From an uncultured Planctomycetota bacterium (GTDB taxonomy: Bacteria; Planctomycetota; Planctomycetia; Gemmatales; Gemmataceae), in the NCBI GenBank assembly GCA_963849325.1, contig CAWKHF010000005.1, positions 640,001 through 704,000 on the forward strand: a stretch of 64,000 nucleotides of DNA. Direction: 5' to 3'. Every line of letters begins with the position of its first letter. Positions within the stretch are counted from its first letter, which is position 1. A model generated the notes under the pieces. The model searched no databases. It saw only the letters and a program-made list of their open reading frames with translations, and was not told the DNA's origin. Positions 1 through 11,684 of the stretch are shown in pieces. Both the position numbers and the translations under genes were made by a program.

Positions 1-364
1 GGTCGGGCAAGATCGGTTGGGCCAGGGCGACGCGGTTCTCGACCAGCACCTGCGCCATGTTCAGATCGACGCCGTGCTTGAACGTCACCGTCAGCGAGTA
101 GCTGCCGTCGTTGGTACACTGCGACGACATGTACATCATGTTCTCGACGCCGTTGACCTGCTGCTCGATCGGCGCGGCCACCGTGTCGGCGACGACCCGG
201 GCGTTGGCGCCGGGATAGACGGCGGACACCTCGACGGTCGGCGGCGTGATCTCCGGGTACTGCGCGATGGGCAGCTTGAAGACGGCGATGAGACCGCCCA
301 GGACGGTGACAATCGACAGCACCGAGGCGGCGATGGGCCGATTGATGAAAAATTTCGAGAACAC
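1..364 (-). CDS. RND efflux permease, second paralogue (N-terminal part, runs off window edge)
   Basis: Manual translation from GTG at 364 gives MFSKFFINRPIAASVLSIV..LPIAQYPEITPPTVEV..APIEQQVNGVENMMYMSS, an AcrB/HAE1 N-terminus; GAGGT RBS upstream. Confidence 0.9.
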   Translation of the reverse strand, partial: MFSKFFINRPIAASVLSIVTVLGGLIAVFKLPIAQYPEITPPTVEVSAVYPGANARVVADTVAAPIEQQVNGVENMMYMSSQCTNDGSYSLTVTFKHGVDLNMAQVLVENRVALAQPILPD

Positions 365-392
365 AGCACGACCTCACTTCTGCTTCACGGAC

Positions 393-3300
393 TCACGAAG
401 GTGAGTGGGCGGCTGGTTGATGTTTTCCGGGCGCGGGGCCACATGCGGCCCCGCGCCGAGCCGCGAGCGGCGGGTGGCCAGGCGGCGTGCGAAGCCCAGG
501 GCGCAGAATGCTCATCAGGATGGCGCTGGTCCGCTGCATGAAGCGCGAGGCGAACAGGCGCGTCTCGCCGAGGCTGTCGATGGTGTAGAAGAAGACCGGC
601 GTCAGGAAGATGCCGAACAGCGTCACGCCCAACATGCCGCTGAACACCGCCGTGCCCAGGGTGCGACGCATCTCGTGGCCGGCCCCGTGCGAGATCATCA
701 ACGGCAGCACGCCGAGCACGAAGGCCAGCGACGTCATGATGATCGGCCGCAAACGCAGTTTGCACGCCGCCAGAGTGGCCTGGCGACGCGGCACACCCTC
801 GCTGCGCTGCACCTTGGCGAACTCGACAATAAGGATGGCGTTCTTGCTGGCCAGGCCAACCAGCACCACGAATCCGATGCGCGTGAAGATGTTGATGTCC
901 ATGTGCGCCAGGTTGACGCCGATGATGGCGCTGAGCAAGCACATGGGCACGACCAGGATGACGGCCAGGGGCAGCGACCAGTTTTCGTACTGAAAGGCCA
1001 GCACCAGGAAGACCATGAGCACGGCGAAGCCGAAGATTTTCGTGGCGTCGTCGCCGGACTTCACTTCCAGATAGGACATATCGGTCCATTCGTAGTTCAT
1101 GCCGCGCGGGAACTCCTCGCGGGCTAGTCTCTGCATGATGGCGATGGCGTCGAAGGAACTCATGCCGGGGCCGGCGCTGCCGTTAATCGCCGCGGCCGGA
1201 TACATGTTGTAACGAGTCAGCACCAGCGGGCCGTTGACTTCGCGCACCGTGGCCAGCGAGCCGAGAGGGACCATGTTGCCGCGGATGTTACGGACCTTCA
1301 AACGCGGCAAATCCTCCACCTGGTCGCGGAAGCGGGCGTCGGCCTGGACGATGACCTGCCAGGTACGGCCAAACAGGTTGAAATCGTTGACGTAGGTGGA
1401 GCCTTGATAAATGGCGAGGGTGTCGGCGAAATCCTTCATTTGCACGCCTTTGCTCAGACACTCGCGGGGATCGGGGTCGATGTGCAATTGCGGCACGTTG
1501 GCCCGGAACACCGAGAAGACGCCGGTCAGGCCCGTCGGCGGCGCCGGCTTGCCGTCGCTGCCGATCCCGTTGGCACGGCGGACCAGTTTCTCCATCTGCT
1601 TCTGAAGTTCCTGGACGCCGAGGTCGCCGCGATCCTCGATCATGAAGGCGAAACCGCCGGCGCGGCCGGCCCCGCGGACGGGAGGAGGACCGAAGACGGC
1701 CACCTGCGCGTCGGAGATCTGGTCGCCGAACTCCTTCCACAAGCGGGCGGCGATGACGGAACTGGCCAACTCGGGATCGCGGCGCTTGTTGTAGTCGTCG
1801 AGGTTGATGAACATCGAGCCGAAGTTGGAGCCGTAGGCGTTGAGCACGAACGATTGGCCGCGAATGGCCGTGGCGTGCAGGACGCCCGGCGTGTTGCGCG
1901 CGATGTTCTGCAGTTGCCGCATCACCGTGTCGGTGCGCTCGGCCGACGCCGAGTCGGGCAGCTGCACGTTGACCAGGAGATAGCCCATGTCCTGGGCGGG
2001 AATGAACCCCTTGGGCGTCTCGCGGAAACGCCAGATGGTCACGCCGACCAGCACGCCGTAGACGCCGAGGGTGAGGACGCTGAGACGCAGTGTCAGGCCG
2101 ACGGCGCTCGTGTACCAGCGAGTCGCCACGATGAAAGCGGCGTTGAAGAAGCGCAGCGATGAGCCAGCCGGCCACCGCGCCGACGCACCGCAGACACATG
2201 GTCGCCGCGGCGACCCACGGCAGACACGGCTGCAAGGAACAGCGTAGCGATGCCGGCAAGTGTCGAACGCCGTCGTCAACCGGAGTGCAGCCAGGTACTG
2301 TCAAGACCAGTCCAGCCCGCCCAGCCGCCAGCCAACCGCGGCAAGAACGCAGGCTGCGGCAGCGACGGTGCACCTTGTTCTTGTCCCGTGTCGTCCGAAG
2401 CAGCACGGCCGCCAACGCCGGACTCAAGGTCAGCGAGTTGAAGGCCGAGATGATCGTCGAAACCGAGATGGTCAGGGCGAACTGACGGAAGAAATGGCCG
2501 GTGATGCCGCTGATGAAGGCGCACGGCACGAACACGGCGCTGAGCACCAGGCCGACGGCGATGACCGGGCCGGATACCTGCTCCATCGCCTTGATCGTCG
2601 CCTCGCGCGGGGCCAGGCCGTGCTCGATGTGATGCTCGACGGCCTCGACGACGACGATGGCGTCATCGACGACAATGCCGATGGCCAGGACCAGGCCGAA
2701 CAACGTCAGGTTGTTCAGACTAAATCCCAGGGCCAGCATGACGGCGAAGGTGCCGACGATGGCCACGGGCACGGCGATCAACGGGATGATGGCCGAGCGC
2801 CAGTTCTGCAAGAACAACAGCACCACGACGGCGACGAGAATGATGGCGTCGCGCAGTGTGTTGAACACCTCCTTGATCGACTCGCTGGTGTACGGCGTGG
2901 TATCGAAAGCGACCTCGGCCACCATGCCTTCCGGAAAACTCTTCTCCAGCTCGTGCATCCGGGCCATGACCCGCTCGTGTACGTCCAGGGCGTTGGCGTC
3001 GGGCATCTGAAAGACGGCCAGGAAAATGGTGTCCCGGCCGTCGAAATTGACCGTGACGTCCAGGCTTTTGGCGCCCAACTGGACGCGCGCAACGTCCTTG
3101 AGACGGAGGACGCGGCCGTCCGGCGTCGTTCGCAGAATGATGTCCTCGAACTGCTCGGCCTCGGAGAGTCGGCCCAGCGTGTTGAGAGTGACCTGCGTCT
3201 GCTGCCCCTTGGCGATGGGCTGTTGGCCGATGGTGCCGGCGGCGACCTGGGCGTTCTGCTCGCGCAGGGCCAGGGCCACGTCCGAGGCGTTGAGGCTCCG

Positions 3301-3892
3301 CGCCGCCAGCCGCTCGGGGTCCACCCAGATGCGCATACTGTAATCTTGCTGGCCGAACAGGAGGATGTCGGCCACGCCCTCGACGCGAAGCAACTCGTCG
3401 CGCAGCTGGAGCAAGGCATAATTACTCAGATACAGCTGGTCGTAGCGGCCGTCCACCGAGTTGAGCGCCATGCCCATGAGAATGTCCGGCGAACGCTTGC
3501 GCGTGGTGACGCCGGTCTGCTTGACGACCGTCGGCAGCGACGGCAGGGCCAGGTTGACGCGGTTCTCCACCAGCACCTGCGCCATGTTCACATCGACGCT
3601 GTGCTCGAAGGTGACGCTCAGGTTGTACGAGCCGTCGTTGGTACACGAGGAGGACATGTACATCATGCCCTCGACGCCGTTGACCTGCTGCTCGACGGGC
3701 GCGGCGATCGGATTCGGCAACGTCCTTGGCGCTGGCGCCGGGGTACTGACACGTCACCGACACCGTGGGCGGCGAAATCTGCGGAAACTGGGCCAGGGGC
3801 AGATTAAAGGCGGCAATGCCTCCGGCCAGGGTGATGAAGACGGACAGCACCGCGGCGAAGATCGGTCGGTCGATGAAAAAGCGTGAGATCAA
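393..3892 (-). CDS. RND (AcrB/HAE1) efflux permease, frameshifted across ORFs 3422-3892, 1288-3720 and 393-2279
   Basis: MISRFFIDRPIFAAVLS start, GIVVDDAIVVVE, GLASKNAILIVEFA and RLRPIIMTSLAF motifs. Confidence 0.92.
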
Positions 3893-3909
3893 GGCCGATT
3901 CTCCCTCCG

Positions 3910-3964
3910 TCCGAGCCTGAAGCGTAAGCGAAGGGGATTTCTTCGCTTACGCTTCAGGCTCGGA
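3910..3964. repeat. Palindromic REP-like element, family B (TCCGAGCCTGAAGCGTAAGCGAAG...inverted)
   Basis: Inverted repeat; half copies at about 20215-20239 and 44330-44354. Confidence 0.85.
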
Positions 3965-4012
3965 GAGAAGCTCGCTCGCCCTCAACGTCCCTTGGTCCGT
4001 TTCCCTGGCCCC

Positions 4013-5271
4013 TTATCGTGATGCGGGGATGGCGCCCGGCGCTCGGCGGAGTGCGGGAGTTCGCCGACGACTGCGGCGCAGCGTCTTGGAAGGATCGACG
4101 GCATCGCTCGGCGGAGCGCTCACGGGCATCTCAACGTCCTTGAGCTTGACCTTGATGTCCGGCCTCACGCGCTGCAGACCGCTGACGACGACCTTTTCGT
4201 TCGGCGCCAGTCCCTTCTTGACAACGCGCAGACCCTCGTGCAGCCGGCCCAACTCGACCTTGCGATACTCCACCTTACCCTCCTGCTCGGCCGTGTTCTC
4301 GTCCTTGACGACGTAGACGAATTTCTGTCCCTGGTCGGTCACCAGGGCCTTCTCGGCGATGAGGATGGCCTGCTGCGGCTTGCCGATCGGCAGACGGACG
4401 CGCACGAACATGCCGGGAACGAGCAAGCTGTCCGCGTTCTCGAACGACCCGCGCACGCGCAGAGTGCCCGTGCCGAACGTCCACGTAAGTATCGAAGAAG
4501 TCCACGGCGCCCTTGTGCGGTCGGCCTTCCTCGTCGGCCAAACCCATCTCGACCGGCAGGCCCGTCGGAATCTTCGGGTAGAACGCCCTGGGCGATCAGG
4601 TCCACGACGCGCAGCACCGTGCGCTCGTCCACGTCGAAGTACGCCTTGATCGGATCGACGGCGCCGATGCTGGTCAGGATGGTATCGTCGGCCTTGACCA
4701 GGTTGCCGGGATCGATGGCGGTGCGGCTGATGCGGCCGCCGATCGGCGCATGGACCTTGGTGTAGCCCATGTTGACCTGGGCGATCTTGAGTTGCGCCTT
4801 GGCCGCTTTCTGCTTGCCCTCGGACATGACGTAAGCGCCGCGAAACTTGTTGCGCTCTTCGTCGCTGATCTCGGCGCCGCGCAGCCTCTGGACGCGAAGC
4901 CAATCCGCCTTGGCCTGCTCGTGCTGGCCTTGCGCCTCCAGCACGCTGCCCTCGGCGAGGGCCAACTGGGCCTCGTACAACTGTGGATCGATCTCGAAGA
5001 GCACGTCGCCCTTCTTGACCATTCCGCCTTCCTTGAAGTTGTACTTCAGCAGATAGCCGGTCACGCGGGCCCGGATCTGGATGGTCTGGTCCGATTCGAG
5101 CCGGCCGGAGAACTCTTCAAAATCGGTGATCTCCCTGGCCACCGGCGTGCTGACGTACACTTCCGGCGGCCCTTTCGCCGCCGGCGGCGGTTGATGCTTC
5201 TCGCAGCCGCCCAGAGCGACGCCGGCCAGCAGGCCGACAACAAGAACGCAGCTTCCCGGGATGCTTCTCAC
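4013..5271 (-). CDS. RND efflux membrane fusion protein (periplasmic adaptor, lipoprotein), frameshifted
   Basis: LGGC lipobox, IRARVTGYL, GDVLFEIDP, TKVHAPIGG, LVPGMFVRVRL and VVVSGLQRVRP motifs in two frames. Confidence 0.9.
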
Positions 5272-5942
5272 TTGTCCCTCCTTTCACCCACCGTGCCGCC
5301 GGTGCGGCGGCAACGTTCCGACTCGCTGAGGATGCCGTGGAAGACGACGTCCAGGATGTCCCGCGCCTGCGCCTCGACGGCGTGGCGCTGGCCGGTGAAG
5401 TAATTGGTGAACATGGTGCCGTACAGCAGGTTGCTCATCACGTCGGAGATGCGCTCCGGTGGGATGTCGCGGATACGGCCGACCGCGATCAGCGCGGCGT
5501 ACAGTGCTTGCCAGCGGCGCACGTTGACCTCGCGGTGCTCGAAGTAGGTCGGTTTCTTGCGGTCCTTGAACTGAGCGCGTTCCTGCATGAGCAGCTCGAC
5601 GTACTCGGGGTGCTCGGCGAAGAACGTCAGAAAGGCGCGGATGGCGACGGCGATGCGATCCAGCGGCTCGTCGATCCCTTCGATGCTGGCATCGACGCAC
5701 TGGCGCATCAGCCGCATGACGCGGTCGGCCGCCGCCAGGAACAACTCGCGTTTACTGGGAAAATAGCGGTAGATCGTGCCCTTGCCGACGCCCAGCTTCT
5801 CGGCCAGGAGCTGGGTGTCGGTATCGGTGTAGCCGTGCTCCGCGAACAGTTGCACGGCCGTTTCCAGGATCTGCTCCTGACGCTTGGCTCGCCGCAGCGG
5901 ATCGCTGGGCCGACCGGGTTTTCTCGCCGCCGTCTCTGTCAT
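5268..5942 (-). CDS. TetR/AcrR family transcriptional regulator
   Basis: ILETAVQLFAEHGY...GVGKGTIYRYFPSKRELF HTH; 4-bp overlap with the MFP start. Confidence 0.93.
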   Translation of the reverse strand: MTETAARKPGRPSDPLRRAKRQEQILETAVQLFAEHGYTDTDTQLLAEKLGVGKGTIYRYFPSKRELFLAAADRVMRLMRQCVDASIEGIDEPLDRIAVAIRAFLTFFAEHPEYVELLMQERAQFKDRKKPTYFEHREVNVRRWQALYAALIAVGRIRDIPPERISDVMSNLLYGTMFTNYFTGQRHAVEAQARDILDVVFHGILSESERCRRTGGTVGERRDK

Positions 5943-5960
5943 ATTGCGCTCCGTTGAGCG

Positions 5961-6050
5961 ACGGACTGAATACTCAGTCCCTCGAATAATAAACGGAACT
6001 GACTGGTCAGTCCCTTATTTGTTGTTACTTTTTGCGCGCTCTCCTGTCAA
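5961..6050 (-). promoter_or_regulatory. Tandem palindromic TetR operators with a sigma70-type promoter
   Basis: GGACTGA-ATAC-TCAGTCC (5963-5980) and ACTGAC-TG-GTCAGT (5998-6011); minus-strand TTGACA at 6045-6050 with TAACAA 17 bp downstream. Confidence 0.7.
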
Positions 6051-6083
6051 GCGGAAAACGGATGCTCGATAAACAAGTTCTCC

Positions 6084-6148
6084 GTTTCGCCGCGACGCGC
6101 AGCGGAGCGCGGGAGCCTCCCGCGCTCCGCTGCGCGTCGCGGCTAAAC
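6084..6148. repeat. REPIN-like doublet, family A (GTTT[A/C]GCCGCGACGCGCAGCGGAGCGCG-spacer-inverted)
   Basis: Near-perfect inverted repeat; 7 copies in the window. Confidence 0.9.
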
Positions 6149-6223
6149 GGAGGGCCGCGGCGCCGCCTCCGTCGCTTCGTATAAAAGACCTCTTGCGAGG
6201 TTCATCCGGAAGGGGTTGGGTAC

Positions 6224-7126
6224 ATGGGACTGCTGGCCGCGTTGCTGAGCGCCGTTTTTTCGTCCTCGAAAGATCTGATGAGCAAGCGGTTGGCGTTGCG
6301 CCTGGACGGCACGGTTTCCGCGTTCGCCTCCTTCGCTTTCGCGCTGCCCTCTTACCTGCTGCTGCTGCTCGGCCTCGCGCTCCTCGGCCACGAGGCGTTC
6401 ACCTTCTCGCTGGCGTTCCTGACCCTGGTGCTGCTGCGCAGCCTCACCGACACCTTCGCGGAATGGATGAAGATGTACGCCTTGGCCCACGGCGACCTGT
6501 CGATGGTGTCGCTGATCTTCGCCTTCTCGCCGCTGTTTCTGCTCGTGACTTCGCCTCTGATCACGGAGGTGCCGCTGACGGTCGCGGACGTGGCGGCGGT
6601 CGTCTTGGTGGTGGGCGGCAGCATGTTGATGGTGTATCGTCCCTCGGCGCGTAGCTGGACTGGGCAGCGAAAGGGCATCTTCCTCGCCGTCGGCGCGTCG
6701 CTGTTTTTCAGCCTCAATGCGTGCTTCGATTTCCTGGCCGTGCGGAACGAATCGCGCCTCGCCTCGGGGTTTGCCACGGCGGTCTTCGCCGGTTTCGGCA
6801 TGACCTTGTTGTCCGCCGTGTTCCTCTTTCCTTTCGTCGCCGCCCGCGCCGATCGCCGGCAGGCGCTGTGGACGCACGGCGTCGGCTTCCTGATCCGGGG
6901 ACTTCTGGAAGCGACCTTCATGGTCTGCAAGTTGTATGCGCTGGAGTTTCTCGACGCGCCGGCTGTCGCGGCCGTGCAGCGGCTGTCGCTGCTGCTGGCC
7001 ATCATCGGCGGCCGCGTGTTCTTCAAGGAGGAGGATTTCGGCCGACGGCTGGCGGCCGGCGGGTTGATCGTGGCGGGCGTGTCCTTCGTCGTCTGGTGGC
7101 AACTGGGGAAACACTCTCCGCCGTAA
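6224..7126 (+). CDS. EamA/DMT family transporter
   Basis: About 10 TM helices with two-repeat organisation (ALAHGDLSMV..FSPLF; GGRVFFKEE). Confidence 0.85.
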   Translation: MGLLAALLSAVFSSSKDLMSKRLALRLDGTVSAFASFAFALPSYLLLLLGLALLGHEAFTFSLAFLTLVLLRSLTDTFAEWMKMYALAHGDLSMVSLIFAFSPLFLLVTSPLITEVPLTVADVAAVVLVVGGSMLMVYRPSARSWTGQRKGIFLAVGASLFFSLNACFDFLAVRNESRLASGFATAVFAGFGMTLLSAVFLFPFVAARADRRQALWTHGVGFLIRGLLEATFMVCKLYALEFLDAPAVAAVQRLSLLLAIIGGRVFFKEEDFGRRLAAGGLIVAGVSFVVWWQLGKHSPP

Positions 7127-7130
7127 TACA

Positions 7131-7211
7131 GGTGTGTCGTTTCGCCGCGACGCGCAGCGGAGCGCGGAATACTCCCGCGCTCCGCTGCGCGTCGCGGCGA
7201 AACGACACACC
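7131..7211. repeat. REPIN-like doublet, family A
   Basis: Inverted repeat with extended complementary flanks GGTGTGTC/GACACACC, between convergent genes. Confidence 0.9.
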
Positions 7212-7225
7212 ATGTTGAGATCGCG

Positions 7226-8059
7226 TCAATTCTCGATTCTCACGCCGTAGCTCTTGAGGGCGTCGATCTGCTTCGTTTTCGCCGATTCCGAGAGTGGATT
7301 GCCGGCCAGGTAGAGACGGAGGAACGGCGCGAAACGTCGTTGTCCCTCGGCGTCGGCCTTGGCCCAATCGACCAGCGGCTTCAGGTCGGTGATTTTGTTT
7401 TTCTCTAGCAGCAGCAGGTTCAACTCGGTTTGCTTCGTCAGCGGCGCCAGATCGGCGATCTGGTTCTCGCGCAGCTCCAACGTCATGATCCGCGTCACCT
7501 TGGTCAGCGCGGATATGTCCTGGATCTGATTGCGGCCCAGGTACAACGACGACAGCCGGGTCAAGGTGCCGAGGGGCTTGAGGTCGCGGATCTGGTTGCC
7601 GGTCAGGTACAGCGAGGCCATACTGGTGAGGGACTTCAGCGCGTCCACGTTGCCGATATGGTTGTTCGAGAGTTCGAGGTACTGGAGCTTCGTCAATCCG
7701 GCCAGCGGCGCGACGTCGCGGACCTTGTTACCGGCCAGGTCGAGATACTGGAGATTGACGAGGTCTTTCAGAGGTTTCAGGTCGGCGATCTCGTTGTGCG
7801 CGAGTTTGAGCTGAGCGAGGTTCTTGCACTTTTCGAGTCCGGCCAGGTCGCGGATGCTCTTGCCGTCGGCTTCCAGGATGTAAACGTTCTTGAGCTTGTC
7901 GTCGCTCAGAGGCGCGGACGGTTCGCGGAGAACTTCGCGCACGGCGGCTTCCAGGTTCTTGTCGGCGAACGGCGCCGCCGACAGACCCCCCGCCGGGACG
8001 TGCAGACACAGGACGGAGAAGGACAGAACGACATAGATTTTCATCCACGATGGATACAT
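7226..8059 (-). CDS. Secreted leucine-rich repeat (internalin-like) protein
   Basis: Signal peptide, FADKNLEAAVR cap, 22-aa LxxLxLxxNxIxDLxPL repeats. Confidence 0.9.
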   Translation of the reverse strand: MYPSWMKIYVVLSFSVLCLHVPAGGLSAAPFADKNLEAAVREVLREPSAPLSDDKLKNVYILEADGKSIRDLAGLEKCKNLAQLKLAHNEIADLKPLKDLVNLQYLDLAGNKVRDVAPLAGLTKLQYLELSNNHIGNVDALKSLTSMASLYLTGNQIRDLKPLGTLTRLSSLYLGRNQIQDISALTKVTRIMTLELRENQIADLAPLTKQTELNLLLLEKNKITDLKPLVDWAKADAEGQRRFAPFLRLYLAGNPLSESAKTKQIDALKSYGVRIEN

Positions 8060-8098
8060 ACGCGACCTCCCCGAAGCATCAGGTTGTGGCTCTCGCCG

Positions 8099-8854
8099 TC
8101 AACGGAAGATTTTCGCTTGCGGTAAGGCCACTTTCAAGTCCTCGACGCCGGCATCGGTCACGCGCGTTTGCAGGAGGCATAGCTCCCGCAGATTGGACAG
8201 GCCCGTCAGGGACATCAAGCCCCGGTCGGTGATGGCGCTGCCGCCCACCGTCAACTTCCGCAGGTTGGGGCAGCTCGCCAGGAGGGCGAGACTGCGATCG
8301 GTGACGGCCGTGTGAAACAGGGCCAGATCCTGGAGGTTGGACAGGCCGCGGAGGGCCGAAAGTCCGTCGTCGCCGATCCGCGTGTCGTTGAGATACAACG
8401 TCCGCAGGTTGGGCAGACTTCGCAAGCAAGGCAGGGCGGCGTCGCTGATGGACGTGGCGGAGAGGTTCAACGTCTGGAGTTCCGGCAGGCCGCGCAAGCG
8501 CTCCAGGTTCGCGTCGGTGAAGTCGGTCTCGTACAGGTTCAGCTCGGCGAGTTTCGTCAGCGGACCCAGGCAAGCCAGCACGGCCGCGACGTTGCGGAGT
8601 CCGTGCAGATCGGCGCGGACGACGAGTTGATCCGATTCCTCCCCATCCAACTGAACGGCGCCTCCTTTTTTGTGGATGGCCGTAATGATCTGTTGTCGCC
8701 TCTCCTTCGCGTCGGAGACGGTGGCCGGCCCGGAAAGGATGCCGCGCGTGCCGAATGGATCACTCATGCAGCCCGCTGTCAGCGGCAGAAGGCCTAGCGT
8801 TAGGGACAGGAAGATGCGCATACCGTCGTCCTTCCGGAAGGTCGAGGCGCGCAA
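8099..8854 (-). CDS. Leucine-rich repeat lipoprotein (planctomycete 24-aa LRR type)
   Basis: TAGC lipobox; LxxLxLxxTxVTDxGL repeats. Confidence 0.85.
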   Translation of the reverse strand: MRASTFRKDDGMRIFLSLTLGLLPLTAGCMSDPFGTRGILSGPATVSDAKERRQQIITAIHKKGGAVQLDGEESDQLVVRADLHGLRNVAAVLACLGPLTKLAELNLYETDFTDANLERLRGLPELQTLNLSATSISDAALPCLRSLPNLRTLYLNDTRIGDDGLSALRGLSNLQDLALFHTAVTDRSLALLASCPNLRKLTVGGSAITDRGLMSLTGLSNLRELCLLQTRVTDAGVEDLKVALPQAKIFR

Positions 8855-8961
8855 CGGTCTGTGCGGGATGGGGCCGCCTCCGACCAGAGGCGAGACATAA
8901 CAGCGAACCGCTCCGAGAACAAGCGATCTCTCGCTGATCCTCGATTGGATTGAACGTTGGC

Positions 8962-9021
8962 CTCGGGGCCGGCAGCGTTAGCGAGGGCAGTTCGGCCCTC
9001 GCTAACGCTGCCGGCCCCGAG
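8962..9021. repeat. Palindromic REP-like element, family B variant
   Basis: CTCGGGGCCGGCAGCGTTAGCGAGGGC...GCCCTCGCTAACGCTGCCGGCCCCGAG. Confidence 0.85.
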
Positions 9022-9040
9022 AGAATCACGATCCGGATGG

Positions 9041-9930
9041 TTAGAAGTTGATCTGTACGACCTCGCCATACCCCCGGGTGGCTAGCGCGAGCAGGATGTT
9101 GACGTTGAGGTTGCTCTGGCCGAAGCGAACCGAGCCGTCGGCGAACAACAGGTTGGCCCCCGCGCTGTGGAAGCTGTACACCTCGTTGTTGTTCGTGCAG
9201 TTGATGGCGCACGGCCCGGGTTGGGAGCTGGTGGCCGGATTGTACCCGTTGATGTCGATCTCGGTGCTCGGGTTGCCCCACGCCCCGGTAGTGCCGCTCG
9301 TCGACGTCATCTTGCCCATCACCCACGTCTGGTTTCGGCCCGCGTCCTCGCCCAGCAAGATCGTGTTGGACGTCCCGTCGGTGATTTCGGTGATCTGCCG
9401 CCGGACGTTATGCCCCAGAACGCCGATGAACGTCGGGTCGCTCGGTGGCATGTTGGTGATGAACGAGTTGGGACGAACGACCTGGTTGACCGGCGAGTAG
9501 TCGATGACCTCGCGCTTGTTGGTGCCCAGCCGGCTCGACGAGTCCGGGGCGGAAGGGCAGAGGAACATGGCGATCTTGGTTTCGACCACCCCGGTACCGC
9601 TGACGTTGTTGGGGGCGGTGGTCCAGGCGACGTTGAAATTGTAGATGCTGTACAGCGCCTGCTGCTCGATGTAGGGCAGAATGAATGGCGTCCAGGTGTG
9701 CAGCGGAGTGTCCTGCTTGCCGGGCGGGAACCCGCCCTGGGCATCATGGTGGTTGTGCAGACCCAGACCGAGTTGCTTGAGGTTGTTGGTACACCTCGGC
9801 GCGAGGCGGCCTCGCGGACCTTCTGCACCGCCGGCAGCAACAGGCCGATCAAGATGGCGATGATAGCGATCACCACCAGCAGCTCAATCAGCGTGAAGCC
9901 GCGTCGATCCCTGGTGTTGGACGAAGACAT
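9041..9930 (-). CDS. DUF1559 prepilin-type N-terminal cleavage protein, frameshifted
   Basis: [63 protein letters not shown] (H-X9-DG motif). Confidence 0.92.
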
Positions 9931-10018
9931 GGGGCACCTCATCGTTAATGCGGGAATGATTCCCAAGAAGTTCGCGCGGAGAGGAACGAGAACCGTTCCC
10001 TCCAACGAACTGCCCCCT

Positions 10019-10047
10019 ATCGTACCGCCGGGAGCAACCGTTGACAA
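10019..10047 (-). promoter_or_regulatory. Putative sigma70 promoter of the DUF1559 gene
   Basis: Minus strand TTGTCA-17 bp-TACGAT. Confidence 0.55.
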
Positions 10048-10114
10048 TGAAGAAAACGTAAGAAAAGAGGGCGGCCCGAAATGCATGGATCAGCCTGGCG
10101 AATGCGACATGGGC

Positions 10115-10176
10115 TCCGAGCCGCGAGCGTCAGCGAGCAGGCTGGCCTGACCGCTCGCTGACGCTCGCGTCTCGGA
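10115..10176. repeat. Palindromic REP-like element, family B
   Basis: TCCGAGCCGCGAGCGTCAGCGAGC...GCTCGCTGACGCTCGCGTCTCGGA; matches 42969 and 49165. Confidence 0.85.
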
Positions 10177-10314
10177 TCAGGGAGAGGGAATGCTACTGGC
10201 GAACGAGTGCGCTTCGGAGTATGGTAGCGGGTGCGGTGGAGAGGAAAGTCCGGCGTCCCGGCGAATACTCGTCTCGATACTCCGACCCACCCGATTCCAC
10301 CAAGGAGATGCCCC

Positions 10315-11684
10315 GTGTACGTCCTCTTCTCGCGCCCTTCGTGCTCTCTACTGTTCCGCTGGATCATAGTGCTGGCGGCGTGCCTGGGCGTCTCGTCGTC
10401 CTGTGGCGCCGCCGCGCCGCCCAACGTCCTCTTCATCCTCGCGGACGACCTCGGCTACGGCGACCTGGGTTGCTACGGGCAGAAGCTCATTCAAACGCCG
10501 AACCTGGATCGGTTGGCGGCGGGGGGAATGCGTTTCACGCAGGCTTACGCCGGCGCCACCGTGCTGCGCGCCGTCGCGCTGCTCCCTGATGACGGGCCGA
10601 CACAACGGACATGCCTCCATCCGCGGCAACCGAGAGATCAAGCCCGAGGGGCAAGTGCCCATGCCGGCGAACACGTTCACCGTGGCCCACTTGATGAAGC
10701 GAGCCGGCTACCGCACGGGAATCATCGGCAAATGGGGCCTCGGCCATCCCGGCTCCGACAGCACGCCGGACAAGATGGGGTTCGATTACTTCTTTGGCTA
10801 CAACTGTCAACGAAAGGCCCACGAATATTACCCGGAGTACCTGTGGCGCAACAACGAAAAGGTGATGCTCAACGGCCGGAAATATTCGCACGACCTGATG
10901 GCCGACGAGGCGCTGGCGTTTGTACGACGGAACCAGACGAAGCCGTTCTTTCTTTATCTCGCGTTCACCATCCCGCACGCCCAGTTGCAAGTGCCGGACC
11001 TTGGACCTTACGCCAAGGAAGCCTGGCCGGAGAACTTAAAAAAATTGGCGGCGATGATCACGCGGATGGACCGCGACGTGGGCCGGCTGATGGCGCTGTT
11101 GAAAGAACTGCAGTTGGACGAACGGACGCTGGTGATTTTCGCCAGCGATAACGGCGCGGCTTATCGGGACAAGTTGTTCCACCATTCCGGGCCGCTGCGT
11201 GGGATGAAGCGCGATATGTACGAAGGTGGTATCCGCACGCCGGTCCTGGCGTACTGGCCCGGACACGTGCAACGAGGGGCCGTGAGCGAACAGGTTTGGG
11301 CGTTCTGGGACGTTCTGCCCACGCTGGCCGCGCTGACGGGTCAGCGAGCGCCCGCGGAGGGAGACGGCATTTCCATTCTGCCGGCGCTGCTGGAAAACAA
11401 GACTGTCCCCCATCCGCCGCTGTACTGGGAGTTTCACGAGCGCGGGTTTGACCAGGCGGCCCGCATCGGCGACTGGAAGGCCGTCCGCCGCGGCGGGCCG
11501 AAAAGTCCCATCGAGCTGTACGATCTGAAAACGGATGGCGCCGAAGAACACGACGTTGCCGCCCAACACCCCGACGTGGTGAAACAGTTCGCGGACTACT
11601 TCCGGACGGCGCACGGAGTCCAAGCTGTGGCCCGTCCGCGAACCCGTCAAAAAGCAACCGCGAACCAAGGAGGGTACTCCATGA
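10315..11684 (+). CDS. Arylsulfatase (formylglycine-dependent), frameshifted
   Basis: [41 protein letters not shown] and YEGGIR motifs; AAGGAG RBS before GTG. Confidence 0.92.
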
